Shown here one piece after another: positions 1 to 9,698 of a stretch of 64,000 nucleotides of DNA. The position numbers were made by a program, and so were the translations under genes. The notes below the pieces were generated by a model. It did not search any database, was not told the DNA's origin, and saw only the letters and a program-made list of their open reading frames with translations. Every line of letters begins with the position of its first letter. Position 1 is the first letter of the stretch. The DNA comes from Ostreococcus lucimarinus (Eukaryota): NCBI GenBank assembly GCA_000092065.1, contig CP000600.1; one strand, given 5' to 3'.

Positions 1-2058
1 GTTCATGCCATACACGGCCACGGTGTTGTACGCCATTTGCGTGACCTTTTCCAAATCGTTTTGCGCCCCGGTGGAAATCTTTCCGAGCATGACTTGCTCC
101 GCGGCGCGGCCTCCGAGCGTCATGCACATCATATCGATCAGCTGCTGCGTCGTGGCGAGAAGGTTCTCGTTCGGCAGATACTGCGCGAAGCCTAGAGCCG
201 CGGAACCGCGCGGAACGATGGACACTTTGAGCAAAGGCTCAGCGTGTTCCAAAAACCACCCCACGACGGCGTGTCCGGCTTCGTGATACGCCACCGTGCG
301 ACGCTCCGTCTTGTTCACAACCTTCGACTTCTTCTCCAAACCCGCGATGACGCGATCGGCGGCGTACTCGAAGTGTGTGAGAGTTACCGTGGTCATGTTA
401 TCACGCGCCGCGGCGAGCGCAGCTTCGTTGCACATGTTCGCGATGTCCGCCCCGGCGAAGCCGGGCGTCAACGCGGCGAGACGTTCACTGTAGTGATCCA
501 CTGGTCCGTCCAAGGCAATCTTGGCCAGATGCACGCGGAATATTTGTTCGCGACCTTGAATATCGGGACGATCGACGGTGATCTGACGATCGAATCGACC
601 GGGACGCAGGAGCGCCCTGTCGAGAATATCCGGTCTGTTCGTACCCGCCAACACGATGACGCCCTCCTTGGTACCGAAACCGTCCATCTCAACCAAAAGC
701 TGATTCAACGTGTTTTCGCGCTCATCGTTGCCTCCTGCGAAGCCACCGCGACCACGTTGACGACCGATGGCGTCGATTTCGTCGATGAAAATGATGGACG
801 GCTTCTGCTGACGCGCTTGGGCAAACAAATCGCGAACTCGCGACGGGCCGACGCCGACAAACATCTCCATGAAATCCGACCCAGAAATGGAAAGAAACGG
901 GACCCCAGCCTCGCCCGCGGTGGCTTTCGCGAGAAGCGTCTTTCCCGTCCCCGGCGGTCCGACGAGAAGCGCGCCGTGGGGAATTTTCGCGCCCAGGGCT
1001 TCGTATTTCTTCGGACTCTTCAAAAAGTCAACAAACTCCATAATCTCGCGCTTCGCCTCGTCGCAACCGGCGACGTCTTTGAACATAACTTTATTCTTCG
1101 CGTTCTTGTCCAAAGTCGACACCGTCGCCTTACCGACGTTAAAGATCCCACCGGCGCCGCCGCCCATGCCGCCGCCCATGCCTCCCATACCCGCGCTTCG
1201 ACGAGTGAAATACAACCATCCCCCGATCAACAAGAGCGTCGGCAACAGCCGCATCAATTCCGTCTGCAAAAATATTTCATTGACGTACGTCACCGGCACA
1301 AAATCTTTTGACTCTTGCCCGTTCAGCTCTTGCGCTTCTTCCAACTTGCGCTCGAACGAATCCAAGCTTCCGATGTTGAAATAAAACTTGTACCCTCCCT
1401 CCGTCTTCGCCCCCGGCGGCGCCCCGATGTCGCTCGAATCGTACTCATCGCCCGCGCCGTGCCGGCTTCGAATCATCGCTCCCGGCGCCTTCACGTACAC
1501 CTTGGCTTGACTCTTATTCGACACCTCCACGCGTTCCACCAGCCCGGGCTCCAGCAGTTTCGTCTTAAACTCTTGAAACGAAATCTCCCTCGCGTCGCTC
1601 CGCGTCGCGCTCAGCAAGCTCATCGCCACCGCCAGCATCGCCAAGCTCGCGATCTGTTGTCCACTCGGTCCTCGCATCAGCTCTGCCAGCGTCTTCGGCG
1701 CTTCCGCGCCTTCTTTCGCGCCATCCTTCGCGCGTCCGCCCTCGCCCTCGCCGCCCTTCGCCTTCGCGTTCGTCCCTTTCCCGCGCGGTTTCATCGCCGC
1801 AAACTTCCCTTTCGTCCCCTGCGCCTTCGCGGACGCGTTCGCGCCTTTCCCCGCGTTCGCCGCGAATCCTCGCATCGCGACGCGCGTCGCCAGCGTCGCC
1901 GCGGTCGCGGTTTTCGCGTCGAACGGCTTGGCGAATCCATTCGTTTTCGCGACGTTCGCGACGTCGCGCGTCGCGCGCGCGACGCGCGCGACGTCCGCGC
2001 GGGCGAGCGCGCGCGAGGTTTCTCGCGCGAGCGTTCGGAGCAGCGCGCGACGACCCAT
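1..2058 (-). CDS. FtsH-like AAA+ zinc metalloprotease, mitochondrial m-AAA/AFG3-type. Partial: the C-terminus runs off the window start.
   Basis: My own reverse-strand translation is one continuous frame: an R-rich presequence [13 protein letters not shown]..., two transmembrane segments, Walker A GPPGTGKT, a second-region-of-homology segment, then the HEAGHA zinc-binding motif. The ATG is at 2058..2056, cross-checked against the plus ORF 1928..2110, whose Met lies at 2057. This frame is absent from the ORF track because it is open-ended at the window edge. Confidence 0.85.
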   Translation of the reverse strand, partial: MGRRALLRTLARETSRALARADVARVARATRDVANVAKTNGFAKPFDAKTATAATLATRVAMRGFAANAGKGANASAKAQGTKGKFAAMKPRGKGTNAKAKGGEGEGGRAKDGAKEGAEAPKTLAELMRGPSGQQIASLAMLAVAMSLLSATRSDAREISFQEFKTKLLEPGLVERVEVSNKSQAKVYVKAPGAMIRSRHGAGDEYDSSDIGAPPGAKTEGGYKFYFNIGSLDSFERKLEEAQELNGQESKDFVPVTYVNEIFLQTELMRLLPTLLLIGGWLYFTRRSAGMGGMGGGMGGGAGGIFNVGKATVSTLDKNAKNKVMFKDVAGCDEAKREIMEFVDFLKSPKKYEALGAKIPHGALLVGPPGTGKTLLAKATAGEAGVPFLSISGSDFMEMFVGVGPSRVRDLFAQARQQKPSIIFIDEIDAIGRQRGRGGFAGGNDERENTLNQLLVEMDGFGTKEGVIVLAGTNRPDILDRALLRPGRFDRQITVDRPDIQGREQIFRVHLAKIALDGPVDHYSERLAALTPGFAGADIANMCNEAALAAARDNMTTVTLTHFEYAADRVIAGLEKKSKVVNKTERRTVAYHEAGHAVVGWFLEHAEPLLKVSIVPRGSAALGFAQYLPNENLLATTQQLIDMMCMTLGGRAAEQVMLGKISTGAQNDLEKVTQMAYNTVAVYGMN

Positions 2059-2184
2059 GGCGGGAGTCGTCGGCGCGGACGGGCGCGGAATGACGACGAT
2101 GACGCGATGACGTGTCCAGAGGCGTCGCCGAGCGCGGCGAGCGGCGGAGCGGGCGAACGACGCGAGGGCCGTGGGAAGGGTGGA

Positions 2185-4827
2185 TTACAAGGGTAAAGAA
2201 CCGTCACCGGAGGTCAAAGCGGAGACGAATCGAGAGGCGTCGACGATGGGCACGGCGAGATCGCGCGCCTTGGCGAGCTTGGATGGACCGGCGCCGACGC
2301 CGGCGACGACGAGGGCGGTTTTGCGGGAGAGCGTCGAGGCGACGTCGCCGCCGGCGGCGCGGATGAGGTCGTGGACGTCGTCGCGGGAGAAGCCGTCGAT
2401 GGTGCCGGTGAAGAGGATTTTCATGCCACGGAGATCGGCGGTGGGCTCGGGAGATGGGACCGTCGGCGATGGGGTGGGCGACACAGACGACGACGACGCG
2501 GGTTCGGCGAATCGCGGAGACGGTTGATTCTTTGATGACGACGCGTCGGCGTCGAGGACGACGACGCCCGTGGCGATGATTTCATCCACGATGAACGCGT
2601 TGCCGGGCTCGCCCCAAAAGTCGACCAAAGATTGCGCGAGGACGGGACCGACCCCGTCGACGTGCGTCAACGCGGCGTGCGCTAAACTCGCCGGACCGCC
2701 CTTGGCGGCGGCGAGGGCGGCTTTTTTGAACGCGGCCAAACTCCCATAGTGCGTCGCGAGGACTTTTGCGGTGTGTGCGCCGATATTCGGAATGCCGAGA
2801 GCGTAGATGAATCGGTGCAAAGGCACGCCCTGGCGTCGCACTTCGATGGCTTGGAACAACTTGACAGCGCTCTGTTTCAAGCCGTCGGAACCATGTTTGA
2901 TCTCACCCTTGGAGTTTTTCACACCGGCGTATCGCCACCACGTCGGAACGGCGTCACCGCTATCCGGACCGAATCTTCGCTCGAGTGTGAAGATGTCAGC
3001 TGGCGTCTTTACCACACCTTCGCGATGCAGCGTCTCGAGCGTGCCGCGCGCCAACCCGCGAATATCCAGCGCGTCTCTCGCGCAAAAGTGCAACAGGCGT
3101 TCCATCGATTGCGAAGGACACTTCAAGCCACCAGTGCATCGCACGATAGAGCCCATCGCGGTTTTCGACGCCGAAAGAGGCGCGCGCACGACGGATGATC
3201 CGCAATCTGGGCACTTGGACGGAGGGAGCCATTCTGGGAGCGGCTTGATGTCTTCGGCGTACGCCGAAGCCTCGGCGAGATCATCACCAGCGAGCGAGAC
3301 GACGCGGGGAATGACATCGCCCGCGCGTTCAACGGTGACTTGTGCGCCCACCTTGAGATGTTTACGAGCGATTTCATCAAAGTTGTGCAATGTCGCCCGC
3401 GAGATGGATGCGCCGCCGATGTCGACGGGATCGAGCAACGCCACGGGCGTCAGCGCGCCCGTGCGCCCGACCTGAATTTCGATGGCGCGAAGCGTCGTCA
3501 CGGCGCTCATCGCTGTGAATTTATGCGCTATCGCCCATCGAGGTTGCCTCGCATCCGCGCCGAGCGCGGTTTGAAGTTCGACCGAGTTGACCTTGTACAC
3601 GACGCCGTCTATCTCGTACGGCATCGTCGGGCGAGCTATTTCTAAAGCATCGTACGCCTCGATGAGCTCGCCGATGGTTTTCGCCACGCCTAAAAATGGT
3701 ACGGCGTCAAAGCCTTGCGCTGGCAAGAACGCACTCAAGAACTCGCTCTGCGTCCGCCACGGAGCGTTTGTCTCCTCGTTTGACGCGCCGACGGCGCCCC
3801 AACCGTACGCCAAAAAACGCAACGGCATTTGATTATCGTCGACGACGAGCGTTCGCATCGCTCCCGCCGCGGCGTTCCGAGCGTTTTTGAAGACGCGCAA
3901 ACCAGTCGCCGCGCGCTCGGCGTTCACTCGTTGAAAATCTTCATCGGCCACGTGCACTTCGCCGCGAATCTCCAACACCGCCGGGTACGGCTCCGCCAAC
4001 TTCATCGGCACGCCCCGAGCGCCGATGAGGTGTCGCGTGACGTCTTCTCCCATCTCACCGTCCCCTCTCGACACCGCGTACACCAACTCACCGTTCTCGT
4101 ATCGCAAGCTCGCGGAGGCGCCGTCGACTTTCGGCTCGGCGCAATATTCAATCGCCGTCGTCGTCGCGGCCTCGCCCTCCGTCTCCCCTCTCAACTTCTC
4201 AACGCGCTTCATGAACGCCTCCACCTGCCCCACGTCGAACGCATTCCCCAACGACCGCATCGGAACCGCGTGCGCGATCTTTTCCAGCCCACTCGCTCCG
4301 TCCGGCGTCGCCCCCACGCGCGCGCGAGCGCCGCCCGCCTTCGCCGCCGTCGGATGCGCCGCCGCGATCGCATCGTACCTCGCCCGCATCCCATCGTACT
4401 CCGAATCGCTTATCACCGGTTCCGCGTCGTTGTAATACTTTCCATCGTGCATCGCGAGCTCGGCGTCCAATCGAGCCAACTCGCGCGCCGCCTCGCTCGC
4501 GCTCAACCGCTCGACGCCGTTCGCCGCGAACCCGCGCGTCGTCCCTCGTCCGCTCGCGCTCGCGCCTCCGTCCCCTCCCCGCGCGCGCCGCGCCTCTCCA
4601 TCGTCCACGTCATCGCTTCGCGCGTCACCGATCGCGCGCGCGCGCGCGCCGGCGCGGTAACGCGCGCGTCTCGTTCGAATCGAATCGGCGCGCGGCGTCC
4701 CGAGTTCGCGTCGCTCGCACCGCGCGCGCGCCGCCGGGACCGCGCTCGCCGCGCGCGCGCCCGCCGGCATCGCGCGCCACGCCTCGATCGCGCGCGCGAC
4801 GCTCGCGCCGAGCGCGCGTCGTCGCAT
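2185..4827 (-). CDS. ligA: NAD+-dependent DNA ligase, bacterial LigA type, with an arginine-rich N-terminal presequence
   Basis: ORF 2185..5433 (-). The adenylation motif KVDGASASLRYENGELVYAVSRGDG (KxDG), an OB fold, a Cys4 zinc finger CPDCGS...CTGGLKCPSQ, an HhH region and a C-terminal BRCT domain are all present. An S/P-rich linker is inserted before the BRCT domain. The first in-frame ATG is at 4827 (residue 203 of the ORF) and an alternative ATG is at 4770. Upstream of that the ORF is GC-rich non-coding readthrough. Confidence 0.8.
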   Translation of the reverse strand: MRRRALGASVARAIEAWRAMPAGARAASAVPAARARCERRELGTPRADSIRTRRARYRAGARARAIGDARSDDVDDGEARRARGGDGGASASGRGTTRGFAANGVERLSASEAARELARLDAELAMHDGKYYNDAEPVISDSEYDGMRARYDAIAAAHPTAAKAGGARARVGATPDGASGLEKIAHAVPMRSLGNAFDVGQVEAFMKRVEKLRGETEGEAATTTAIEYCAEPKVDGASASLRYENGELVYAVSRGDGEMGEDVTRHLIGARGVPMKLAEPYPAVLEIRGEVHVADEDFQRVNAERAATGLRVFKNARNAAAGAMRTLVVDDNQMPLRFLAYGWGAVGASNEETNAPWRTQSEFLSAFLPAQGFDAVPFLGVAKTIGELIEAYDALEIARPTMPYEIDGVVYKVNSVELQTALGADARQPRWAIAHKFTAMSAVTTLRAIEIQVGRTGALTPVALLDPVDIGGASISRATLHNFDEIARKHLKVGAQVTVERAGDVIPRVVSLAGDDLAEASAYAEDIKPLPEWLPPSKCPDCGSSVVRAPLSASKTAMGSIVRCTGGLKCPSQSMERLLHFCARDALDIRGLARGTLETLHREGVVKTPADIFTLERRFGPDSGDAVPTWWRYAGVKNSKGEIKHGSDGLKQSAVKLFQAIEVRRQGVPLHRFIYALGIPNIGAHTAKVLATHYGSLAAFKKAALAAAKGGPASLAHAALTHVDGVGPVLAQSLVDFWGEPGNAFIVDEIIATGVVVLDADASSSKNQPSPRFAEPASSSSVSPTPSPTVPSPEPTADLRGMKILFTGTIDGFSRDDVHDLIRAAGGDVASTLSRKTALVVAGVGAGPSKLAKARDLAVPIVDASRFVSALTSGDGSLPL

Positions 4828-4851
4828 GCACGACGCGAAGTGCCGCACTCG

Positions 4852-5559
4852 ATGCCGCGCGACGTCGCGTCGTCGGCGTCGTCGCGCGCCGCGGCGAAGA
4901 ACCGCGCCAAGCGCAAGCGCGCGAGGCTGCCGCCGCCGCCCGCCGCGCGCGCGGACGCCCGGGATGACGACGCGCGCGCGGACGAGAGCGGCGAGGATGA
5001 CGACGCGGTCGTCGCGCGCGCGGGCGCGTTCGGACGATACGGCGCCGCCGACGGCGCGATGTCGCGCGCGGACGACGAGTGGGCGACGAGCGAGCGCACG
5101 TGGGCGTCGCTGTTCGGCGTGCTCGAGCGGAACGGGTACGCGAAGAAGAAATTGTGGGCGCCGTTCGTGTACGACGGCGACGCGGGACGGCGGATGCGAA
5201 GCGCGGGATTCGAACGCGTGGTGCACAGACGGGCGGATTTCTTTGAACGCGTGCGAGACGGCGTGTTCGTGCGGTCGCTGGATGCGGTGGTGGATAATCC
5301 GCCGTACACGGGGAAAGGGATGAAGGAACGGATATTGAAGGCGCTGCGAGACGCGGAGGTGCCGTTTTGTTTGTTGCTGCCGCTGGGAGTGTTGCACGCG
5401 GCGTTCGTGAGGGACATTCTGGAGGAGACGCACGTGCAGGTGATCGTGCCGAGGAAGTGTTACGTGTTCAAGAAGGGAGGGACGGAGGTGCCGTTTAAGT
5501 TTTTGTGCTGGTTGTGCTATAAGATGGAGCTGAAGCGCGACTTGTACTTCATAGACTGA
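4852..5559 (+). CDS. Small putative S-adenosylmethionine-dependent methyltransferase with an NPPY catalytic motif (N6-adenine / glutamine-N5 class). Possible NLS-like KRKR stretch at the N-terminus.
   Basis: C-terminal part of ORF 3829..5559 (+). The motif is ...LDAVVDNPPYTGKG..., preceded by a hydrophobic beta-strand and a candidate motif I (PFVYDGDAG). The alternative start at 5059 would give only 166 aa. The first roughly 340 aa of the ORF are antisense to ligA and are rejected. Confidence 0.45.
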   Translation: MPRDVASSASSRAAAKNRAKRKRARLPPPPAARADARDDDARADESGEDDDAVVARAGAFGRYGAADGAMSRADDEWATSERTWASLFGVLERNGYAKKKLWAPFVYDGDAGRRMRSAGFERVVHRRADFFERVRDGVFVRSLDAVVDNPPYTGKGMKERILKALRDAEVPFCLLLPLGVLHAAFVRDILEETHVQVIVPRKCYVFKKGGTEVPFKFLCWLCYKMELKRDLYFID

Positions 5560-5611
5560 CGACGTAGGGGTACAGTAGGGATTTTGTATTTTAACAACGT
5601 TGTTGTACCGA

Positions 5612-8600
5612 CTAACTCGGAGGGTGCCCGGCGCAAAGCGAACGATACTCGCGACGGATCAGTCCGTGTCCGATTTCGAGGAGTAAATCGTTGAAGCGAT
5701 AGAGCACGCCGCACGACGTCGAATCACTCGGCGGTAAGACTGAAATGCGTCTGAGCGTTTCGTTCGGGGCGAACATCGCGGTGAGGGTGAGGAACAGCAA
5801 GACGACCGAAACGATGATGAAAAACGTGACGAGCATTTGTACGGCTTCGTTGAGTGTCTCTGGACGCGAAGGCACGCGCCACGAACCACCTGGCGTTCGC
5901 GTCGGTGCCGTCGGCGTCGCCAAGGTGAACTTATTGAACAAGTTGTTTGGCGGCGTGCGCGCCACCGTTCTGTTCGTTTGTCGAGAGAACCATTTTAACG
6001 GAGACGCCAACTGCGTTTGCATGAGTGGCGACCCAAACGATCTGCTCTTCTTCGGTGAAATCAATGAAGGGCTGTTATTTTGATAGCGAGCGAGCTGCGT
6101 CCGAGCGTGTTCGCTCATCTTATTCGCCGCCGCCAGGGCTTCCTTGGACGCTTTCAATTCAGCTTCCGTCGCGGCGGAGTGTTTTTCCAGCCAAACTTTC
6201 GCCGCGACGGCATCGGAGAGTTGCGACTCTAAGTCGCGCATCGTGCTCTTCGCTTCGTCTCGCTCAGCGCGTACTTTGCGTAATTCGTCGTAGTCGCCCT
6301 CCTGCGTCATCGACGCGTCACGTCTAGCGGTGGCGAGCAACTCGTTCGCGTGCTCTAATTGATGCTGCAAGCTCGTATAGTTGGCTCGAAGCTCGGAAAT
6401 TGATTCTCGAGCTTGTGATAACTCGTGTTGTTTATCGTCCAGCGCTTTGCTCAACGCCTCGCTGGCGTGATCGCCGCTCGCAGACATTTGTCGAATAGTA
6501 TCAAGCTCTTTACGAATCACCAACATCTCTTTATCCTTCGACTGCACCGCATCTTTCACAGCATTCTTCACTTGCGCGGCAAACGCCAAGCGTTCAAGTT
6601 CTAAACGTTTCTCCATGCTCGTGATTGACTGCTGGAGCAAATCTCGCTCGGCGGTGACTTTCGTCAAGTCTATGGTCAAGTCTTTCACTTTCGCCAACGC
6701 CGCATCGCGCGAAGCCTTGGCTTCCCTCAACTCGCCTGCATCCGTCTTTGAATGCGTTTTCGAAGCGACTTTTTCCTTTTCCAACTCTTTGTTCAGCAAA
6801 AGCAGTTCGGTATTCACTTCGTACACTCGAGATTCCGCCGCGGCAAATTGACGTCGCACTTCTTCGAGTTCAGTCTCCACCGTGACTCGCACTTCGCATT
6901 CAGCCTTCAAACGCCGCTCGCTTTCGTCCAGTGACTTCTTACTCTCCTCTGCGCTCGCCTTCCACTCTCCCAGTTCCTTGGCGAGTTCGACTATTCGACT
7001 TTCAGCCGCCTCTAACTTTCTATGCAATTCAGCGACGACGGCGGACGACGAGTCGCGGTCGCGCTCAACCTTCGCAGAGGACGCATGTTTCTCTCGCAAA
7101 ATTTCAATCTCCTTGTTCAAAAAGCCAACTTGCTTTTCCAACTTTGTGACTTGCGAATTGGCGATCATGTTAGCCTTTGCCGCCATGGAAGATTCAAGTT
7201 CGTGCTCATCCGCCATCGATGAAATTTCTTGCTCAGCGACGTGCAGCTTTTTTCTCAGCTCTTCTGTCTCCGATCCGGCCAAATCTGCGGCGGTTTCCAA
7301 GCCCGCTACTTTCCCTTCTAACGACAAAACTTCTTCTCTCGCACTCTTAAGTTCTAAAACGTGCTCTGAACGTTCGACCTCCATGAGTTTTAGTTTAGCG
7401 TTCGCGGCTTGAAGCTCTTCGTTCAGGTGAGAGAACTCGACATTGGAAAATTCCTTCTCGGCGAGCTTACTCTTCAAATCCGACAGCGCGCTCTTCGCTT
7501 CGCTCAGTTGTTCGAGAGTGACTTCAAGCTTTTCCTCGAAAAGAATTGCGTTCTGAGAGACGGCTTCGTACGCGGCTTCTTTCTCGGCCAACTTTTGCCG
7601 AAGACTCTTCAACTCCGCGGTGCCGCTCTCGATTTCAGCGCGCGCTTGCGCTTCGAGCTTTTTCTTTTCCGCCTCGAGACTTGATTTCATTTCGAGCATT
7701 CTTCCTTGGAATCCTGCTTGTTTCTCAGCCGCCGCAGCCAAACGCGCGGCGAAGGCTTCCTTCGCTGACTCCGACTTTTCCTCCGTCGTCATCGCCTTTT
7801 TGCTCTCCTTTTCGAGTTTGATGCGAAGCGTGGACATTTCAACCTTCAACGATTCCAGCTCAGTTTCAAAGTTTCGACATTCGGAAGTCTTCGTTTGCAA
7901 CGCCGCGCGAGTGTCCTCGAGAGCAACGATAGTTTCTTCTTTTATCCTCTTTTCGTTCTCGATCACGCTCTCTCGCGCGATGATTTCAGCGCGCAACTTT
8001 ATAACCTCGTCCGCGACTTCGCCTCGCTCGACGCGCGCGCGTTCTGTCTCTGCCTGCGCAGCGTCGATTGCTGCATCCTTCTGCAACATCGTACTATTCG
8101 TCATCGTCACGGTCTCGTTCAGACGAACGATATCTTCTTTCAATCTTGCGTTCTCGCTCTCTAAAATCTCAAACTGGCTCGATTTTTCGTTTTGCTTCGT
8201 CTGTTGGGCTTGGAACTCCGCCACGGCGGCGACGATTTTCTCCTCGCTCGTCGCCAACGCCTCGCTGAGACGCGCGATTTCGAGCTTGAAATTTTCCGCT
8301 TCGCCCTCCATCGTGGCCTGTGCGACTTGATAATTTTCAAGTTTGGCGTTCGCATCTCTCAAATCCGTTGCAGACGCCGCCAGACTCGCCTCCAAGTTCT
8401 GTATGGTCGACTCGTCGGCGTGAATCTTCGTCTCCGTCTCTTGCAGTGACATCTCCAAGCGCTCAATTTTAATCGAGTAATCCCGCACGGAAAACTCTAG
8501 CTTGGTCGACTCTGATGCATACTCTTCGCCAGCTGCCTTCAGCGCCGACTCGTGCTCGCGCCTCGCGTTCGCGAGTGCTTCTTGCAAGCGTTCAGTCTCG

Positions 8601-9544
8601 TCCAGCGCCTCGTCGCGTTGCTTCGTCATCGCCATCAAACGGCTCTCCGTCTTCGACATTCGCGCTTCAGTCGTCTTGAGGTCTTCCTCCGTGGCAGAAA
8701 TCATCGCACCCATGCGCACGCGCTCGTTCAGCCACGTTTGTTTCTCGATCGCCATCGCCTCAAGATCGCGCTGGATCGCCGTCACCTTGGCGCGAAGTTG
8801 CTCCACCTCGAACTCGACGGCTTTTGCGTTCATTCCCCCGGCGACGACGAGCGCGCGCGCGTCCACATCCATCGTCGACGACGACGCCACTCTCACCGTC
8901 GTCGGCGGTTTCGGCGACATCAACGACATCCTCAACGCCTGCGGTGGCGTCATCGACGCCCTTCGCACCGTCATCGTCGTCGTCGTCGTCGTCGTCTCCC
9001 TTTGCCTCGCCGCTCGCGTCTCCGCGTCCTCCATCATATGCGTCGACCTCAACGTCCCAATCCCCCCGTGTCCGACTCTCACCGGCGTTCGCACGTCGTC
9101 ATCATCATCGCCGTCTCCCACCATCACCAAACTCTTCCTCGTCGCCGACGTCGTCGCCATCGTCGTCGCCAACCTTCGCGCGCTCGCCTCGGCGCGTCTC
9201 GCCGTTTCGCTCATCTTCATCCTCGACGCGCTCGTCTCCGTCTCCACGCGCATTTTCCGCGCCGACGCCCGCGCGGATGACATCACGCGTTCCGCCTCCG
9301 ACCGCACCGTCGTCGCTCGCGCGTCGTTCAGCCGCACGGGCGTCACTGGGTCGTCATTCTCGTCGACATTCGTTTCGTCTTCCCGTTCGCGCGATTCGTC
9401 GCGCGCGCGCGCGTCGTCGTCGTCGTCGCTCGCGGACGCGCGTCGCGCGCGCATCGCGTTCGACACGTGCTCGCGGACAAATTTTACGAAGGCGTCGTCG
9501 TCGGCGTCCGAGTCGGAGGACGCCGCGCCGGGACGCGAAGACAT
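5612..9544 (-). CDS. Very long coiled-coil protein (1310 aa) with a single C-terminal transmembrane segment. Tail-anchored, golgin/giantin-like architecture.
   Basis: ORF 5612..9544 with ATG at 9544..9542. Pervasive heptad-like E/K/L/A-rich sequence. C-terminal hydrophobic stretch LVTFFIIVSVVLLFLTLTAMF about 60 aa from the end. Acidic Ser/Asp-rich N-terminus. Confidence 0.7.
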   Translation of the reverse strand: MSSRPGAASSDSDADDDAFVKFVREHVSNAMRARRASASDDDDDARARDESREREDETNVDENDDPVTPVRLNDARATTVRSEAERVMSSARASARKMRVETETSASRMKMSETARRAEASARRLATTMATTSATRKSLVMVGDGDDDDDVRTPVRVGHGGIGTLRSTHMMEDAETRAARQRETTTTTTTMTVRRASMTPPQALRMSLMSPKPPTTVRVASSSTMDVDARALVVAGGMNAKAVEFEVEQLRAKVTAIQRDLEAMAIEKQTWLNERVRMGAMISATEEDLKTTEARMSKTESRLMAMTKQRDEALDETERLQEALANARREHESALKAAGEEYASESTKLEFSVRDYSIKIERLEMSLQETETKIHADESTIQNLEASLAASATDLRDANAKLENYQVAQATMEGEAENFKLEIARLSEALATSEEKIVAAVAEFQAQQTKQNEKSSQFEILESENARLKEDIVRLNETVTMTNSTMLQKDAAIDAAQAETERARVERGEVADEVIKLRAEIIARESVIENEKRIKEETIVALEDTRAALQTKTSECRNFETELESLKVEMSTLRIKLEKESKKAMTTEEKSESAKEAFAARLAAAAEKQAGFQGRMLEMKSSLEAEKKKLEAQARAEIESGTAELKSLRQKLAEKEAAYEAVSQNAILFEEKLEVTLEQLSEAKSALSDLKSKLAEKEFSNVEFSHLNEELQAANAKLKLMEVERSEHVLELKSAREEVLSLEGKVAGLETAADLAGSETEELRKKLHVAEQEISSMADEHELESSMAAKANMIANSQVTKLEKQVGFLNKEIEILREKHASSAKVERDRDSSSAVVAELHRKLEAAESRIVELAKELGEWKASAEESKKSLDESERRLKAECEVRVTVETELEEVRRQFAAAESRVYEVNTELLLLNKELEKEKVASKTHSKTDAGELREAKASRDAALAKVKDLTIDLTKVTAERDLLQQSITSMEKRLELERLAFAAQVKNAVKDAVQSKDKEMLVIRKELDTIRQMSASGDHASEALSKALDDKQHELSQARESISELRANYTSLQHQLEHANELLATARRDASMTQEGDYDELRKVRAERDEAKSTMRDLESQLSDAVAAKVWLEKHSAATEAELKASKEALAAANKMSEHARTQLARYQNNSPSLISPKKSRSFGSPLMQTQLASPLKWFSRQTNRTVARTPPNNLFNKFTLATPTAPTRTPGGSWRVPSRPETLNEAVQMLVTFFIIVSVVLLFLTLTAMFAPNETLRRISVLPPSDSTSCGVLYRFNDLLLEIGHGLIRREYRSLCAGHPPS

Positions 9545-9698
9545 GGCGCGCGTGGGGGAACGTCGCGCTGTGCGGTCGGTCTCGGGCGCGGCGACGGGGC
9601 GACGGGCGACGCGCGACGTCGACGGGCCGGGCGTGACTACGTTTCGTTGATTATCAAGGCGATAGGACGGTGCGTCGAGGAAATATTACAGCGAAGCG

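Noticed and set aside
244-2207. Plus-strand ORFs 244..1311, 869..1384, 1315..2196 and minus ORF 1791..2207
   Set aside because: They overlap the FtsH coding frame on the opposite strand or a different frame, with R/A-rich nonsense products.
3829-4851. N-terminal 340 aa of plus ORF 3829..5559, and plus ORFs 2749..3198, 2807..3475, 3340..3645, 4025..4435
   Set aside because: All are antisense to the well-supported ligA coding sequence. Only the last 166-235 aa of 3829..5559 (NPPY region) lie outside ligA and look coding.
8502-9650. Plus-strand ORFs 8502..9650, 8552..9280, 8824..9636 and many smaller ones inside 5612..9544
   Set aside because: They are antisense to, or in an alternate frame of, the 1310-aa coiled-coil gene. 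The products are S/R/A low-complexity.
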